Assembly: GCA_039933105.1 (NCBI GenBank)
Contig: JBDTOT010000002.1
Coordinates: forward strand, 26,058 to 90,057
Direction of reading: 5' to 3'
DNA: 64,000 nt
Source of the DNA: Gammaproteobacteria bacterium
GTDB lineage: Bacteria; Pseudomonadota; Gammaproteobacteria; Steroidobacterales; Rariloculaceae
Under the pieces are notes generated by a model. That model made no database searches. It worked only from the letters and a program-made list of their open reading frames with translations, and was not told the DNA's origin. The position numbers and the translations under genes were made by a program. Of the stretch, positions 39,244-49,500 are shown piece after piece. The first letter of the stretch is position 1. Each line of letters begins with the position of its first letter.

Positions 39244-39705
39244 ATGTCCGTCTCGTTCACACTGAATGGAGTCGCCGTGCAACACGACGGTGACCCCGCC
39301 ATGCCGCTGCTTTGGTTCGTCCGCGAGCGGCAACATCTGACTGGCTCGAAGTTTGGCTGCGGTGTCGCGATGTGCGGCGCCTGCACGATGCACCTCGAAG
39401 GTACGCCGATTCGCACGTGCGTCACGCCCGTGAGCGCGGTCGAGGGCAAATCGGTCACGACGATCGAAGGCCTGAACAGCCCAGCCTCGAATGCGGTGCA
39501 AACCGCCTGGCGCGAGTTGGACGTCGTGCAGTGCGGCTACTGCCAGTCGGGCCAGATCATGGCTGCGACGGCACTGCTGACGCAGAACTCCGCGCCGACC
39601 GACGCAGACATCGACACGGCAATGCGCGGCAATCTCTGCCGCTGCGCCACGTACCACCGAATTCGCGCGGCCATCCACACCGCGGCGAAGACGCTGGCCG
39701 GCTAA
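39244..39705 (+). CDS. (2Fe-2S)-binding small subunit of an IorAB / aldehyde-oxidoreductase-type molybdoenzyme
   Basis: GCGVAMCGACTMHLEG and QCGYCQSGQIM...CRCATY cluster motifs, with an AAGGAG RBS. Confidence 0.9.
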   Translation: MSVSFTLNGVAVQHDGDPAMPLLWFVRERQHLTGSKFGCGVAMCGACTMHLEGTPIRTCVTPVSAVEGKSVTTIEGLNSPASNAVQTAWRELDVVQCGYCQSGQIMAATALLTQNSAPTDADIDTAMRGNLCRCATYHRIRAAIHTAAKTLAG

Positions 39706-39720
39706 CCGCGGAGAACCCAC

Positions 39721-41910
39721 ATGAGCATTACGAATCTCACTGCCGCGGCCCAAATGACGACCACGCGCCGCACATTCATCAAGGTCACCACACTTGCAGG
39801 CGCAGGCTTCATCGTCGGCTGCGGCGAATCGCCGCCCGTCACGTCGAGACTGCCGGCCGCCGCTGCGCCTACGGGACCCGTGGCGTTCAACGCGTTCGTG
39901 AAGATTGGTGCCGACAACAAAGTCACGGCCATCATCAAGCATCTCGACAAAGGCCAGGGCATCACGACCGGGCTGTCGACGCTGATCGCCGAGGAGCTCG
40001 ACGCGGCGTGGGACCAGATGGTCGCCGAGTTTGCGCCCGCCGATACCGCGAAGTACGCGAACTTGTCGCTCGGCCTGCAGGGCACGGGCGGCTCGAGCTC
40101 GGTCGCGAATTCGTGGCTGCAATACCGGAAGGCCGCCGCTGCGGCGCGCGCGATGTTGGTTCAAGCGGCCGCCGCGCAATGGAAGGTCGCCGCGGATTCG
40201 ATCATGGTTGCGGACGGCGTGCTGAGCGCGCCGGGCGGCCACAAAGCCACGTTCGGTGAGCTGGCTGCCGCCGCTGGCGCAATCGCGCCGCCCGCCGAGC
40301 CGACGCTGAAGGACCCGAGCAGCTTCAAGCTGATCGGCAAGCACGTGCCGCGCCTCGACAGCCCGGCCAAGACCACCGGCAAGGCCGTCTACACGCTCGA
40401 CAAGACCGTGCCGGGCATGCTCGTGGCCGTCGTCGCGCACGCGCCGAAGTTCGGCGCGAAAGTCGCGTCGTTCGACGCGACGAAAACGCGCACGCTGCCC
40501 GGCGTCGTCGACGTCGTGCAGATCCCGACCGGTGTCGCCGTGCTCGCGGACGGCTACTGGACCGCGCTCAAAGGCCGCGAAGCGTTGACGGTACGGTGGG
40601 ACGAAAGCGGCGCCGAGAAGCGCGGCAGTGCAGAGCTGCTCGCAGAGTACAAAGCGCTGGCGGGTAAGCCGGGGCTCGTGGCTTTGAACAGCGGCGACAC
40701 CGCCGCCGCACTCGGCAACGCCAAGAAGAAGCTTGCCGGCGATTTCGAGTTTCCCTACCTCGCGCATGCTTCGATGGAGCCGATGAACTGCATCGTCGCG
40801 TTGCAAGCCGACGAATGCGAGATCTGGACGGGCTCGCAGTTCCAGACGTTCGACCAGCAGAAGGCCGCCGCGATCACGGGGCTCAAGCTCGAGCAGATCA
40901 AGATCAATACGCTGTTCGCGGGCGGCAGTTTCGGCCGCCGCGCCGTACCCGACAGCGACTACATCGCCGAGGCTGTCACGATCGCGAAGGCCATCGAGGG
41001 CCGCGCGCCGGTGAAGCTCCAGTGGTCGCGCGAAGACGACATGCGCGCGGGCAGATACCGCCCGATGCACTTCCACCGGCTCGCTGGCGGTATCGACGCG
41101 AACGGCGACATCACGGCTTGGATGCAGACGATCATCGGCCAATCGCTCGTCAAAGGCACGGCGCTCGAAGCGTTCCTGATGAAGGACGGTATCGATTCAT
41201 CGTCGGTTGAAGGCGCCGGTACGCCGTATGCGATCCCGAATCAGCGTATAGAAGCGCAGCACCCGGAAGTCGGCGTGCCCGTGCTCTGGTGGCGGTCGGT
41301 CGGCCACACGCATACGGCGTTTGCGACCGAAGTGTTCCTCGACGAGCTCGTTGCCGCCGCCGGCAAAGACCCGGTCGAGGTGCGACGCGCGCTGTTGAAG
41401 GACCATCCGCGCCATCTCGGCGTACTGAACCTCGCCGTCGAGAAAGCCGGCTGGGGCACGCCGCTACCGAAAGGCCGCGGCCGCGGTGTCGCGGTGCACG
41501 AATCGTTCGGCAGCTTCGTAGCCGAGGTCGCGGAAGTCACGGTCAAGAGCGACGGTACGTTCTCCGTCGATCGCGTGGTGTGTGCCGTCGACTGCGGCAT
41601 CGCGGTGAACCCCGACGTGGTTCGCGCGCAAATGGAAGGGGGCATCGGCTACGGACTCAGCGCCGCGCTGCGCGAGCAGATCACGCTCGTGAACGGCGCC
41701 GTGCAGCAGTCGAACTTCACGGACTACCTGGCGCTGCGAATCAACGAGATGCCGGTCGTCGAGGTACACATCGTGCCGTCGACCGAGGCGCCGAGCGGCG
41801 TCGGCGAGCCGGGCTTGCCACCGCTGGCACCGGCCGTCGCGAATGCGATCCGGTCCGTGACCGGCAAGCCGATCCGGCGGCTGCCGCTTGGCGAGCGCGT
41901 AGCGGTCTGA
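39721..41910 (+). CDS. molybdopterin-binding large subunit (xanthine dehydrogenase family, IorB-like) with Tat signal
   Basis: [20 protein letters not shown] twin-arginine leader. 729 aa with GGSFGRR and C-terminal [17 protein letters not shown]. Confidence 0.9.
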   Translation: MSITNLTAAAQMTTTRRTFIKVTTLAGAGFIVGCGESPPVTSRLPAAAAPTGPVAFNAFVKIGADNKVTAIIKHLDKGQGITTGLSTLIAEELDAAWDQMVAEFAPADTAKYANLSLGLQGTGGSSSVANSWLQYRKAAAAARAMLVQAAAAQWKVAADSIMVADGVLSAPGGHKATFGELAAAAGAIAPPAEPTLKDPSSFKLIGKHVPRLDSPAKTTGKAVYTLDKTVPGMLVAVVAHAPKFGAKVASFDATKTRTLPGVVDVVQIPTGVAVLADGYWTALKGREALTVRWDESGAEKRGSAELLAEYKALAGKPGLVALNSGDTAAALGNAKKKLAGDFEFPYLAHASMEPMNCIVALQADECEIWTGSQFQTFDQQKAAAITGLKLEQIKINTLFAGGSFGRRAVPDSDYIAEAVTIAKAIEGRAPVKLQWSREDDMRAGRYRPMHFHRLAGGIDANGDITAWMQTIIGQSLVKGTALEAFLMKDGIDSSSVEGAGTPYAIPNQRIEAQHPEVGVPVLWWRSVGHTHTAFATEVFLDELVAAAGKDPVEVRRALLKDHPRHLGVLNLAVEKAGWGTPLPKGRGRGVAVHESFGSFVAEVAEVTVKSDGTFSVDRVVCAVDCGIAVNPDVVRAQMEGGIGYGLSAALREQITLVNGAVQQSNFTDYLALRINEMPVVEVHIVPSTEAPSGVGEPGLPPLAPAVANAIRSVTGKPIRRLPLGERVAV

Positions 41911-41926
41911 GCGCGCGGGAGCACTG

Positions 41927-42820
41927 CTAACGCAACCGCTCGCGCAGCCGAGGAGTCGCAAAGTCGAGAAACGCGCGCAGCTTCACGGGCAAGCGTCCCT
42001 GTTTGTCGAACACCAAATTCACCGGCAGCGGGGCGGGCTCGAACGCTTCGAGTGCAATGCCAATCGTCCCACCCTGCACGGCGGCAGAGACCTGATAGGA
42101 CAACACGCGAGTGATGCCGAAGCCCGCGACCGCGGCATCGATCGCCGCTTCGGCGGTATTCACGTGCAGGCGCGCAGTGATAGGCACGGAAACGTCCGCG
42201 CCATCGACAACGAAGCTCCATGCATTGCGCGACGTCAGCGATTCAAACGCGATGCATTGATGTGCTTCGAGCTCGGACGGTGATTGCGGCTTGCCGCGCA
42301 GAGAGAAATACCCGGGGCTCGCGCACACCACGTAACGGATCTCGCCCACGGGCGTCGCACTGAGCTGGCTGTCGGGCAACTCGCCGATGCGCACCGCAAG
42401 GTCGATGTGCTCGTCCAGCAGATTCAGCGTTCGATCGCCCAAGTGCAGGCGCGCGTCCACTTCTGGGTACGCGCCCAGAAACTCGGTGACGATGGGCAAC
42501 ACATGCAGGCGCCCGAACACGATCGGCGCGGTGATGATCAGCTCGCCGCGGGGCGTGGTGTATTCGCCGGAAGCGGCCTGCTCCGCTTCGTTCACCGCCT
42601 CCAGAATTTGCTTGCAGGCGGCGAGATAGGCGTGACCGGCCTCCGTCAGGGTCAGTTGCCGCGTCGAGCGAAGTAGCAAACGCGTCTTCAAATGCGCTTC
42701 CAGCTCGGAGAGCTTGCGGCTGACGGTCGCGAGCGGCATGCCGAGCTTGCGTCCTGCCGCCGACAGGCTGCGGGTTTCAACCGCGGCTGCAAACACCGCC
42801 ATTGCGTCGAGTCGGTCCAT
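41927..42820 (-). CDS. LysR family transcriptional regulator
   Basis: MDRLDAMAVFAAAVETRSLSAAGRKLGMPLATVSRKLSELEAHL, 297 aa. Confidence 0.9.
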   Translation of the reverse strand: MDRLDAMAVFAAAVETRSLSAAGRKLGMPLATVSRKLSELEAHLKTRLLLRSTRQLTLTEAGHAYLAACKQILEAVNEAEQAASGEYTTPRGELIITAPIVFGRLHVLPIVTEFLGAYPEVDARLHLGDRTLNLLDEHIDLAVRIGELPDSQLSATPVGEIRYVVCASPGYFSLRGKPQSPSELEAHQCIAFESLTSRNAWSFVVDGADVSVPITARLHVNTAEAAIDAAVAGFGITRVLSYQVSAAVQGGTIGIALEAFEPAPLPVNLVFDKQGRLPVKLRAFLDFATPRLRERLR

Positions 42821-42949
42821 CGGGCCCTACCGCCAATTCTTCCGATAAATGGAATGGTGTATCCACAAGATACCGGCTAGTTCCGTTTTTCGAAAGAGCC
42901 TAGCCTTTCGCTACCCGGCCAGTTCGGCCGGCGTTGAAAGGAGAACCCC

Positions 42950-43501
42950 GTGTCACGCATCGCAATTCCCGCCACCGTCGACGCCGCGCCGAGCGCATCC
43001 CAACCGTTGTTGCAGGCGGTCAAACGTCAGCTGGGCTCGGTACCGAACCTGTTTCGCCTGGTCGCCAACAGTCCCGCCGCCCTGGAAGGCTATGTCGGTT
43101 TGCTCGGCGCCTTGGGCAAGGGCGCGCTGCCCGCCGCCACGGGCGAACGCATCGCGTTGGCGGTGGCTGAAATCAACGGCTGCGGCTACTGCCTGTCCGC
43201 GCATACCTATCTCGGCAAACACGTCGCCAAGCTGGATGACACCGAGATCGCCGCCAACCGCAGCGGCGGTTCGAACGACGCGAAGGCCGACGCCGCCGTG
43301 CGCTTTGCCGTCAGCGTCACGCAACAGCGAGGCCATGTCAGCGAAGCGGAGCTTCAGGCAGTGCGCAACGCCGGTTACAGCGACGCACAGGTGATCGAGA
43401 TCGTGTTGCACGTGGCCCTGAACACCTGGACGAACTACATCAACGAGGTCGCGAAGACGGACATCGATTTCCCCGTCGTCACGACACGCAAAGCGGCGTA
43501 A
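42950..43501 (+). CDS. carboxymuconolactone decarboxylase / AhpD-like family protein
   Basis: AEINGCGYCLSAH motif, 183 aa, divergent from the LysR gene. Confidence 0.8.
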   Translation: MSRIAIPATVDAAPSASQPLLQAVKRQLGSVPNLFRLVANSPAALEGYVGLLGALGKGALPAATGERIALAVAEINGCGYCLSAHTYLGKHVAKLDDTEIAANRSGGSNDAKADAAVRFAVSVTQQRGHVSEAELQAVRNAGYSDAQVIEIVLHVALNTWTNYINEVAKTDIDFPVVTTRKAA

Positions 43502-43516
43502 GCCGCAGGAGTACCC

Positions 43517-44134
43517 GTGATGGACGCGCCCGTCTTCGCCAGCGATATCGCCTTCACGCCCACGGTGAAGGCGATCCAGAGCCGCAAAGGTTCGCGAGCA
43601 GCTTACGCGCGCATGGAGCAATCCGGCTCGTGGGAGACGAGCCTCACACCTGACCTGCGAGAGTTCATCGAGGGGCAGACCAGCGTGTTCCTGGCGACCG
43701 CAAACGCCGACGGCCAACCGTACATCCAGCATCGGGGCGGCCCCCCTGGCTTCCTGCACGTGCTCGATGACCGGAACATCGGCTTCGTCGACTTCGCCGG
43801 TAACCGGCAATTCATCACGCTGGGGAATCTGCAGGAGAACCCGAAGGTGCATCTGTTCCTCATGGACTATGCGCATCGACAACGGATCAAGATCTGGGGC
43901 GAAGCGCGCGTCGTGGAGAACGATCCGGAGTTGACCGCGCGCCTGATGCCGAAGGACTACCGTGCGCGGGCCGCACAAGTCATCGTGCTGCGAGTGGTTG
44001 CCTGGGACGCTAACTGCCGGCAGCACATACCGCAGCTGCTCGATGCCGGTGAGGTGGCGCGGGCGATTGCGGCGCGCGACGAGAGAATCGCGGCGCTCGA
44101 ACTGCAAATCCAACGCATGAAATCACCTCAATGA
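43517..44134 (+). CDS. pyridoxamine 5'-phosphate oxidase-like FMN-binding protein
   Basis: FLATANADGQPYIQHRGGPPGFLHVLD...FAGNRQFITLGNL. The start is either GTG 43517 or ATG 43520. Confidence 0.7.
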   Translation: MMDAPVFASDIAFTPTVKAIQSRKGSRAAYARMEQSGSWETSLTPDLREFIEGQTSVFLATANADGQPYIQHRGGPPGFLHVLDDRNIGFVDFAGNRQFITLGNLQENPKVHLFLMDYAHRQRIKIWGEARVVENDPELTARLMPKDYRARAAQVIVLRVVAWDANCRQHIPQLLDAGEVARAIAARDERIAALELQIQRMKSPQ

Positions 44135-44222
44135 CCGAACTTAAGGGGCTGCGGTAGAGTGCGAGCATCGGGCGCCCGCGCGTTAGCGACGCGCAGCCCG
44201 CGACGCGACACGAGGGGGACTC

Positions 44223-44696
44223 ATGCGGATACGGCGCGCAACGAGCATCGACTTGCCACTCATCGGTAGGCTCGGTGCGTTGCTCGTCGAAGCGCACCAC
44301 GCGTTCGACCCACAACGATTCCTTGCCGCCACCAGCCGGACAAAAGAAGGCTACGCGTATTTCTTGGGCACGCAGCTCGAGGAGCCGGACGCCGCTATTT
44401 TCGTCGCCGATGACAACGACAACGTGATCGGCTATGCCTATGCCGTGGTCGACGACTCGTACGACTACATGGCGCTGCGTGGCCCCGCCGGCATACTGCA
44501 CGACATCATCGTCGATCCGGACAATCGCGGACGCGGCGTGGGTCGCTTACTACTCGAGGCCGTATTCACGTATCTGCAGTCGCGCGGGGCCCCGCGCATC
44601 GTGTTGTCCACCGCGGAACGGAACGAGGTGGCGCAGCGACTCTTCGCGGGCGTGGGGTTTCGCCGCACGATGATCGAGATGACGCGCGAGCTCTAG
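44223..44696 (+). CDS. GNAT family N-acetyltransferase
   Basis: IIVDPDNRGRGVGRLLLEAVFTYLQSRGAPRIVLSTAERNEVAQRLFAGVGF. Confidence 0.85.
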   Translation: MRIRRATSIDLPLIGRLGALLVEAHHAFDPQRFLAATSRTKEGYAYFLGTQLEEPDAAIFVADDNDNVIGYAYAVVDDSYDYMALRGPAGILHDIIVDPDNRGRGVGRLLLEAVFTYLQSRGAPRIVLSTAERNEVAQRLFAGVGFRRTMIEMTREL

Positions 44697-44756
44697 TAGA
44701 GAGAACGGGCGGCATAGTGATATCGTCGCCGCTGAACTGATAAGGACGTAACCGCC

Positions 44757-44867
44757 ATGGCCAAAGAACGCAATACCACCAAAGAAGGAAAGAAGAAGCC
44801 GCTGTTGACACCGAAGGAGCGCAAAGAGCAAAAGCGCGCCAAGAAGGCTGAGCGAGCGACTCGGTAA
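44757..44867 (+). CDS. possible 36-aa lysine-rich small protein
   Basis: MAKERNTTKEGKKKPLLTPKERKEQKRAKKAERATR* with AAGGA 9 nt upstream. It is below the ORF-track size cutoff. Confidence 0.35.
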   Translation: MAKERNTTKEGKKKPLLTPKERKEQKRAKKAERATR

Positions 44868-45074
44868 GACTGACACCGACCGGCCAGCCCTGACCCGTCG
44901 GGTCCGTTTGGAACCGACGGGCAGCAGAGCGCACGGTAGCAGAGAAATCGCAGGTCCCGGGTCGCCGCGCCCGACTGGGTAGTCGGGCGCTGTACGTCCA
45001 CCCTCTTCCTCCCAGCGATCGAGCGCCGCACCGAGTTGACTCGACCTCGACACAAGTTCGCGCAACCGCACGTC

Positions 45075-45317
45075 TCAGCGCCGCCCCGCGGATAGATGCT
45101 CGCGGGACGCACGGCGCAACAATATGCCGCGCACGCTAGCCGTCGCGAGCACGTGCAGGTAGGTGCGAACTTTGGCGTCGCGGCCCAGCCGCGCAAACTC
45201 TTCCGCCAAGAGATCCCTGACTTCATCGCGTGACGTTAGTGCACCGCGCGTCAGGAGTTCGATCGCTCGTTCGCGTCCTGCGGCGTCCCTGTCATCGCTG
45301 TCGGCAACTAAGTTCAT
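45075..45317 (-). CDS. small helical protein (DUF3562-like)
   Basis: MNLVADSDDRDAAGRERAIELLTRGALTSRDEVRDLLAEEFARLGRDAKVRTYLHVLATASVRGIL. Confidence 0.35.
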   Translation of the reverse strand: MNLVADSDDRDAAGRERAIELLTRGALTSRDEVRDLLAEEFARLGRDAKVRTYLHVLATASVRGILLRRASREHLSAGRR

Positions 45318-45529
45318 AGTGAAACGTCTGAGGCCCGATAGACTTTGGTGGCGCACGGATCCATTGCCGGAAAGGCATTCATCGAGCGGGGCTTAGTTGG
45401 GGCCGGCGTTGAGTCAGCGCCGAAGGGCTATGTTGCGATCGGACGGGACCGCAGGTCCGTACGTTGGCGCACGGATGAATCGCCCGCAAGGTTCTAGGGT
45501 GACGCACCGCCGGCTTAGAAGATTCTCCA

Positions 45530-47857
45530 ATGCTCTCTCTTCCAAACGACGATCGCACGCTAGCAAGTACTGCGCCCACCCCGCTCGACAACGCCATTGC
45601 CGTTGCCTTCGTCGGCACCTACGGCCCGCGCCGTTGTGGTATTGCGACGTTCACCGCCGATCTCGCGACGGCTGTCGCCGCGAACCATCGTCGCGTGCTG
45701 CCCATGGTATTGGCCGTAACCGACCCCGCTGGACAGTATCAGTATCCGTCCGAGATCAAATTCGAGATTCGGCAAAACGTAAAGGCCGACTACGGTCGCG
45801 CCGCGGAGTTCGTGAACTACAGCCTCGTGCGGCTGGTGTCCGTGCAGCACGAATACGGCATTTTTGGGGGCGACGACGGCGGCTACATTCTCGACTTCAT
45901 CCGGGCGTTGCGCGTGCCCGTCATTGTGACGCTGCACACGGTGCTGAAGCGCCCTTCACCTAACCAAGCAGCCATCGTCGAGAAGATGTTTGCGCAGTGC
46001 GCGCGGCTAATCGTGATGAGCGAGGTTGCCCGGGACCTACTTGCGAGCTCGTACGGTGTCCGCGGGCCCAAGGTTGTGATCATTCCGCACGGCATTCCGG
46101 TCATGGATCGGCATGCGGATCAGCAGGCACTAAAAGCCAAATTCGGCGTGCGCGATCGACGGCTGCTCCTGACGTTCGGTTTGCTGAGTGCGAACAAAGG
46201 CATCGAGACGGTGATCCGCGCGCTGCCGACGGTCGTGAGTCAGTTTCCAGATCTCGTCTATTTCGTCGTGGGCGCAACGCATCCCGTCGTGCTGCGGCGC
46301 GAGGGAGAAGCGTATCGAACGATGCTCGAACGCGAAGCCGAAGAACTCGGCGTCCGTGAGCATCTCGCCTTTCGCGGTCAGTTCGTGACGTCCGAGGAGC
46401 TCCGGCAGTATTTGCAAGCCGCCGACATTTTCGTGAGCCCCTACTTGAACGAGGCTCAAGTCACGAGCGGTGCTTTGTCGTATGCCATGGGGGCCGGCGC
46501 AGCCGTCGTATCCACTCCGTACTGGCATGCACAGGAGCTGCTCGCGCGGGAACGCGGCTGCCTGTTCCCCTTCAAGGACCATGCGGCGCTGAGCCGCGTT
46601 CTGCTCGATCTGCTCAGTTCGCCGACGAAGCTACACAAGGTGCGCGAGGCTGCGTTCACCTTTGCACATTCGATGGCCTGGCCGCGCATCGGAGATGCCT
46701 ATTTCAATCTGATTCAGGCGACCCTCGGAGCCGCTGCGCCGCGTCACGCAGCGGGCGTGGCGCGCGAACCGGCAGCCGCGAGCAGCTTGCCGGAGCTCTC
46801 GCTGAACCATCTACTTCGAATGACCGACGACACGGGAATTATCCAGCACGCCGTCTACAGCGTACCCGCTCGCCGTACGGGCTACTGCGTTGACGACAAC
46901 GCACGGGCATTGATCGTCGCGGTGCAAACGGATCGTCTGCAAGACTCTCCCGCGGCCCGCGCGCTCGTCGTCAGGTATTTGAGCTATCTGCAGTGCTCGC
47001 AAGAACCGGATGGCAGCTTTCGCAACTTGATGAGCTACCAACGCGCGCTCGAATCGGCGGCGCCGTCGGATGATTGCGTTGGACGCGCGATCTGGGCGTT
47101 GGGGGTTGTGGCAACGCAAGCCGAGGACGACGGCTGTCGAGTGCTCGCGCGTGAGATGCTGACGCGCGCGCTGCCGCATGCGCGCAACCTTGGGCCGCGC
47201 GGGACAGCACAAACCGCTCTCGGCCTCGTGAGCCTATTGATCGCCGAGCCCGCGGCCGCCGAAGCACGCGCCATGCTCGACGGCTTGATTGCGAAACTCA
47301 CCGAGAGCTACCACGCCAACGCCACACCCGAGTGGCGTTGGTTCGAGGCCACGCTCACCTACGACAACGCGATCTTGCCGCTGGCACTGTTCGCCGCCTA
47401 CGCCGTGACGGGCGAGCGAGGCGCGCTACGCGCCGCGCGCGAGTCGCTAGATTTTCTGGAAGACGTTTGCTTTGACGGCGACCGCTTGCTGCTCGTGGGG
47501 AACGCCGGCTGGCACACGCTCGGCAGCGACAAAGCCGCCGCCGACGAGCAGGCCATCGACGCAACGGCATTCGTGCTCGCGTTTCGCGCCGCCTACGCAG
47601 TGACCGGCGATCGGCATTATCTAACGCGTATGCGCCAGGCGTTCGCGTGGTTCCTCGGCGACAATCGCCTCAAGACGCCTCTGTACGATTTCGTCACCGG
47701 CGGCTGTCGCGATGGCATGGGGCTAGAGCACGTCAATCAGAATCAAGGCGCCGAAAGCACGATCTGTTTCCTGATGGCGTTATTGAAAATGCTCGAGGTC
47801 GCCGGGGAAGGGGTCGAGCAAGACGCCGTTTACGAGGCCCCGACCCTGCCGGCATGA
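45530..47857 (+). CDS. GT4-family glycosyltransferase fused to a large C-terminal domain of unknown function
   Basis: 775 aa. The N-terminal ~400 aa is GT-B/GT4-like (GTYGPRRCGIATF..., FVSPYLNEAQVTSGALSYAMGAG). For the C-terminal ~370 aa I recognise no motif. Confidence 0.75.
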   Translation: MLSLPNDDRTLASTAPTPLDNAIAVAFVGTYGPRRCGIATFTADLATAVAANHRRVLPMVLAVTDPAGQYQYPSEIKFEIRQNVKADYGRAAEFVNYSLVRLVSVQHEYGIFGGDDGGYILDFIRALRVPVIVTLHTVLKRPSPNQAAIVEKMFAQCARLIVMSEVARDLLASSYGVRGPKVVIIPHGIPVMDRHADQQALKAKFGVRDRRLLLTFGLLSANKGIETVIRALPTVVSQFPDLVYFVVGATHPVVLRREGEAYRTMLEREAEELGVREHLAFRGQFVTSEELRQYLQAADIFVSPYLNEAQVTSGALSYAMGAGAAVVSTPYWHAQELLARERGCLFPFKDHAALSRVLLDLLSSPTKLHKVREAAFTFAHSMAWPRIGDAYFNLIQATLGAAAPRHAAGVAREPAAASSLPELSLNHLLRMTDDTGIIQHAVYSVPARRTGYCVDDNARALIVAVQTDRLQDSPAARALVVRYLSYLQCSQEPDGSFRNLMSYQRALESAAPSDDCVGRAIWALGVVATQAEDDGCRVLAREMLTRALPHARNLGPRGTAQTALGLVSLLIAEPAAAEARAMLDGLIAKLTESYHANATPEWRWFEATLTYDNAILPLALFAAYAVTGERGALRAARESLDFLEDVCFDGDRLLLVGNAGWHTLGSDKAAADEQAIDATAFVLAFRAAYAVTGDRHYLTRMRQAFAWFLGDNRLKTPLYDFVTGGCRDGMGLEHVNQNQGAESTICFLMALLKMLEVAGEGVEQDAVYEAPTLPA

Positions 47858-49329
47858 AATCCATTCCCGTCACGCGTACCCGGCATCGCCTTCTGCCGGA
47901 CTCCCGCCGAGTGCTTGCCAAGCCGTTTCTTCCGGGTGAAGAAACCCTGCTGCCGGGGCAATCCCGGGCACATCTCGCGATGGAGCGGATCCTGGCGATT
48001 CCGGAAGCGGAGGTGCAAGCCCTCGCCGCTTCGATATTGACCCTGTTTAACCTGCGCCACCGTGGCTTCCGAGAGGTGCTCGAACGCCAGTTCGAAGCTG
48101 TCGCACAGCACATCGACAGAAGGGTCACGGTATCCGCCGAGCGCCGCCTCCTGATCGGCGCGTACTTCACGCACGAATACTCCGTCGAGGCCGCCGCCCT
48201 CTTCAACCCGTCGATCGTCCTTGCACCCGATCAGACCGGCGTCGCGAGCGGCTCGGCGCGGTTCGTGATGAGCCTGCGCGCCGTCGGCGAAGGGCATCTG
48301 TCGTCGATCGAGTTTCGTTCCGGGCTGCTCGACGCGCAGGGTGATGTCACCATCGACGAGCCTGGCAGGCAACTGGTCAGCGGCCACCGCGCCCCTCCCA
48401 GCTTCTTCGACAAGACAAATTTCGGTACGAAGTTGCTGGAACTCGGCGTCATCAACGACCTGTCGTCGAGCGTACTGAACCGGCTCAACCAGAAATTCAC
48501 GCTCGAAGAGCTTGAAACATCGCTAGGCGCACTCGAGATTCACGGTCCACCGCCAGCGGTCTGGTTCGAAACGGTCAAGATCATTCGCGTGCTCGCGTCG
48601 TCAAACTACGTCACTACGTTCCCCGCAGATTCCAGTCTTGCCGAGCGCGTGATCTTTCCCGCCGGTCCCAACGAAACGCGCGGCATGGAAGACGCGCGCT
48701 TCTTGCGCTTCACTGCGGCCGACGGCAGCGTCAAGTACTATGCGACCTACACGGCCTACGACGGCTTCTCAATCTTGCCGCAACTCATCGAAACCGACGA
48801 CTTCGTGCGCTTCACGATCTCGACGTTGAACGGCGCGGCCGCCCAGAACAAAGGCATGGCGCTCTTTCCGCGGCCGATCGACGGCAAGTACGTCATGCTG
48901 TCGCGCAAGGACCGGGAGAACCTACACCTCGCGACGTCGAGCGATGTACACAACTGGAACGATGTCGTCGAGCTCTACCGTCCGCAATACGCGTGGGAGC
49001 TTTTGCAGATCGGCAATTGCGGGGCACCGATCGAAACCGACGCAGGCTGGCTCGTGCTGACACACGGGGTCGGACCCATGCGCCGCTACGCAATCGGCGC
49101 GTTACTGCTCGACCTCGAGAATCCGGCGCGAGTGATCGGGCATTTGGCGGAGCCGCTGATCGAGCCCGACGAAGACGAGCGCGAAGGCTACGTGCCCAAC
49201 GTCGTCTACACCTGCGGCGCGATCGTGCACGGCGGCCGGCTCATCATGCCGTACGGTTTCTCGGATTCCGGAATCGCAGTGGCGTACGTCGCGCTCCCCG
49301 AATTGCTGGACGCGCTGCTGTGCTCGTAG
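47854..49329 (+). CDS. GH130 / DUF377-type glycosidase or phosphorylase with ~290-aa N-terminal extension
   Basis: ATGA overlap with the GT4 gene. The C-terminal domain reads GMEDARF...YATYTAYDG...NKGMALFPRPIDGKYVMLSR...GWLVLTHGVG...YAIGALLLDLENP...YVPNVVYTCG. Confidence 0.7.
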   Translation: MKSIPVTRTRHRLLPDSRRVLAKPFLPGEETLLPGQSRAHLAMERILAIPEAEVQALAASILTLFNLRHRGFREVLERQFEAVAQHIDRRVTVSAERRLLIGAYFTHEYSVEAAALFNPSIVLAPDQTGVASGSARFVMSLRAVGEGHLSSIEFRSGLLDAQGDVTIDEPGRQLVSGHRAPPSFFDKTNFGTKLLELGVINDLSSSVLNRLNQKFTLEELETSLGALEIHGPPPAVWFETVKIIRVLASSNYVTTFPADSSLAERVIFPAGPNETRGMEDARFLRFTAADGSVKYYATYTAYDGFSILPQLIETDDFVRFTISTLNGAAAQNKGMALFPRPIDGKYVMLSRKDRENLHLATSSDVHNWNDVVELYRPQYAWELLQIGNCGAPIETDAGWLVLTHGVGPMRRYAIGALLLDLENPARVIGHLAEPLIEPDEDEREGYVPNVVYTCGAIVHGGRLIMPYGFSDSGIAVAYVALPELLDALLCS

Positions 49330-49336
49330 CCAGCCT

Positions 49337-49490
49337 TCAGTCCAGGAAGTCGTTGCAGTGATAGTCGAGCAACTCCGTGTCGGGCTCGAACAGTTCCCAA
49401 ACCGCTCGTGTGCACCACCAACGCATCGCCTTCCCAGTGGCCGACCGAGTAGCCGCCCGTCGGTGAAGATTTGGCGGAACGTCACGTCGA
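49337..49490 (-). pseudogene. heavily deleted remnant of a GxWxGDxLVV-family secreted protein
   Basis: There are three frames: DVTFRQIFTDGR, GYSVGHWEGDALVVHTSGLG and ELFEPDTELLDYHCNDFLD*. Confidence 0.55.
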
Positions 49491-49500
49491 TGTTTTACGA

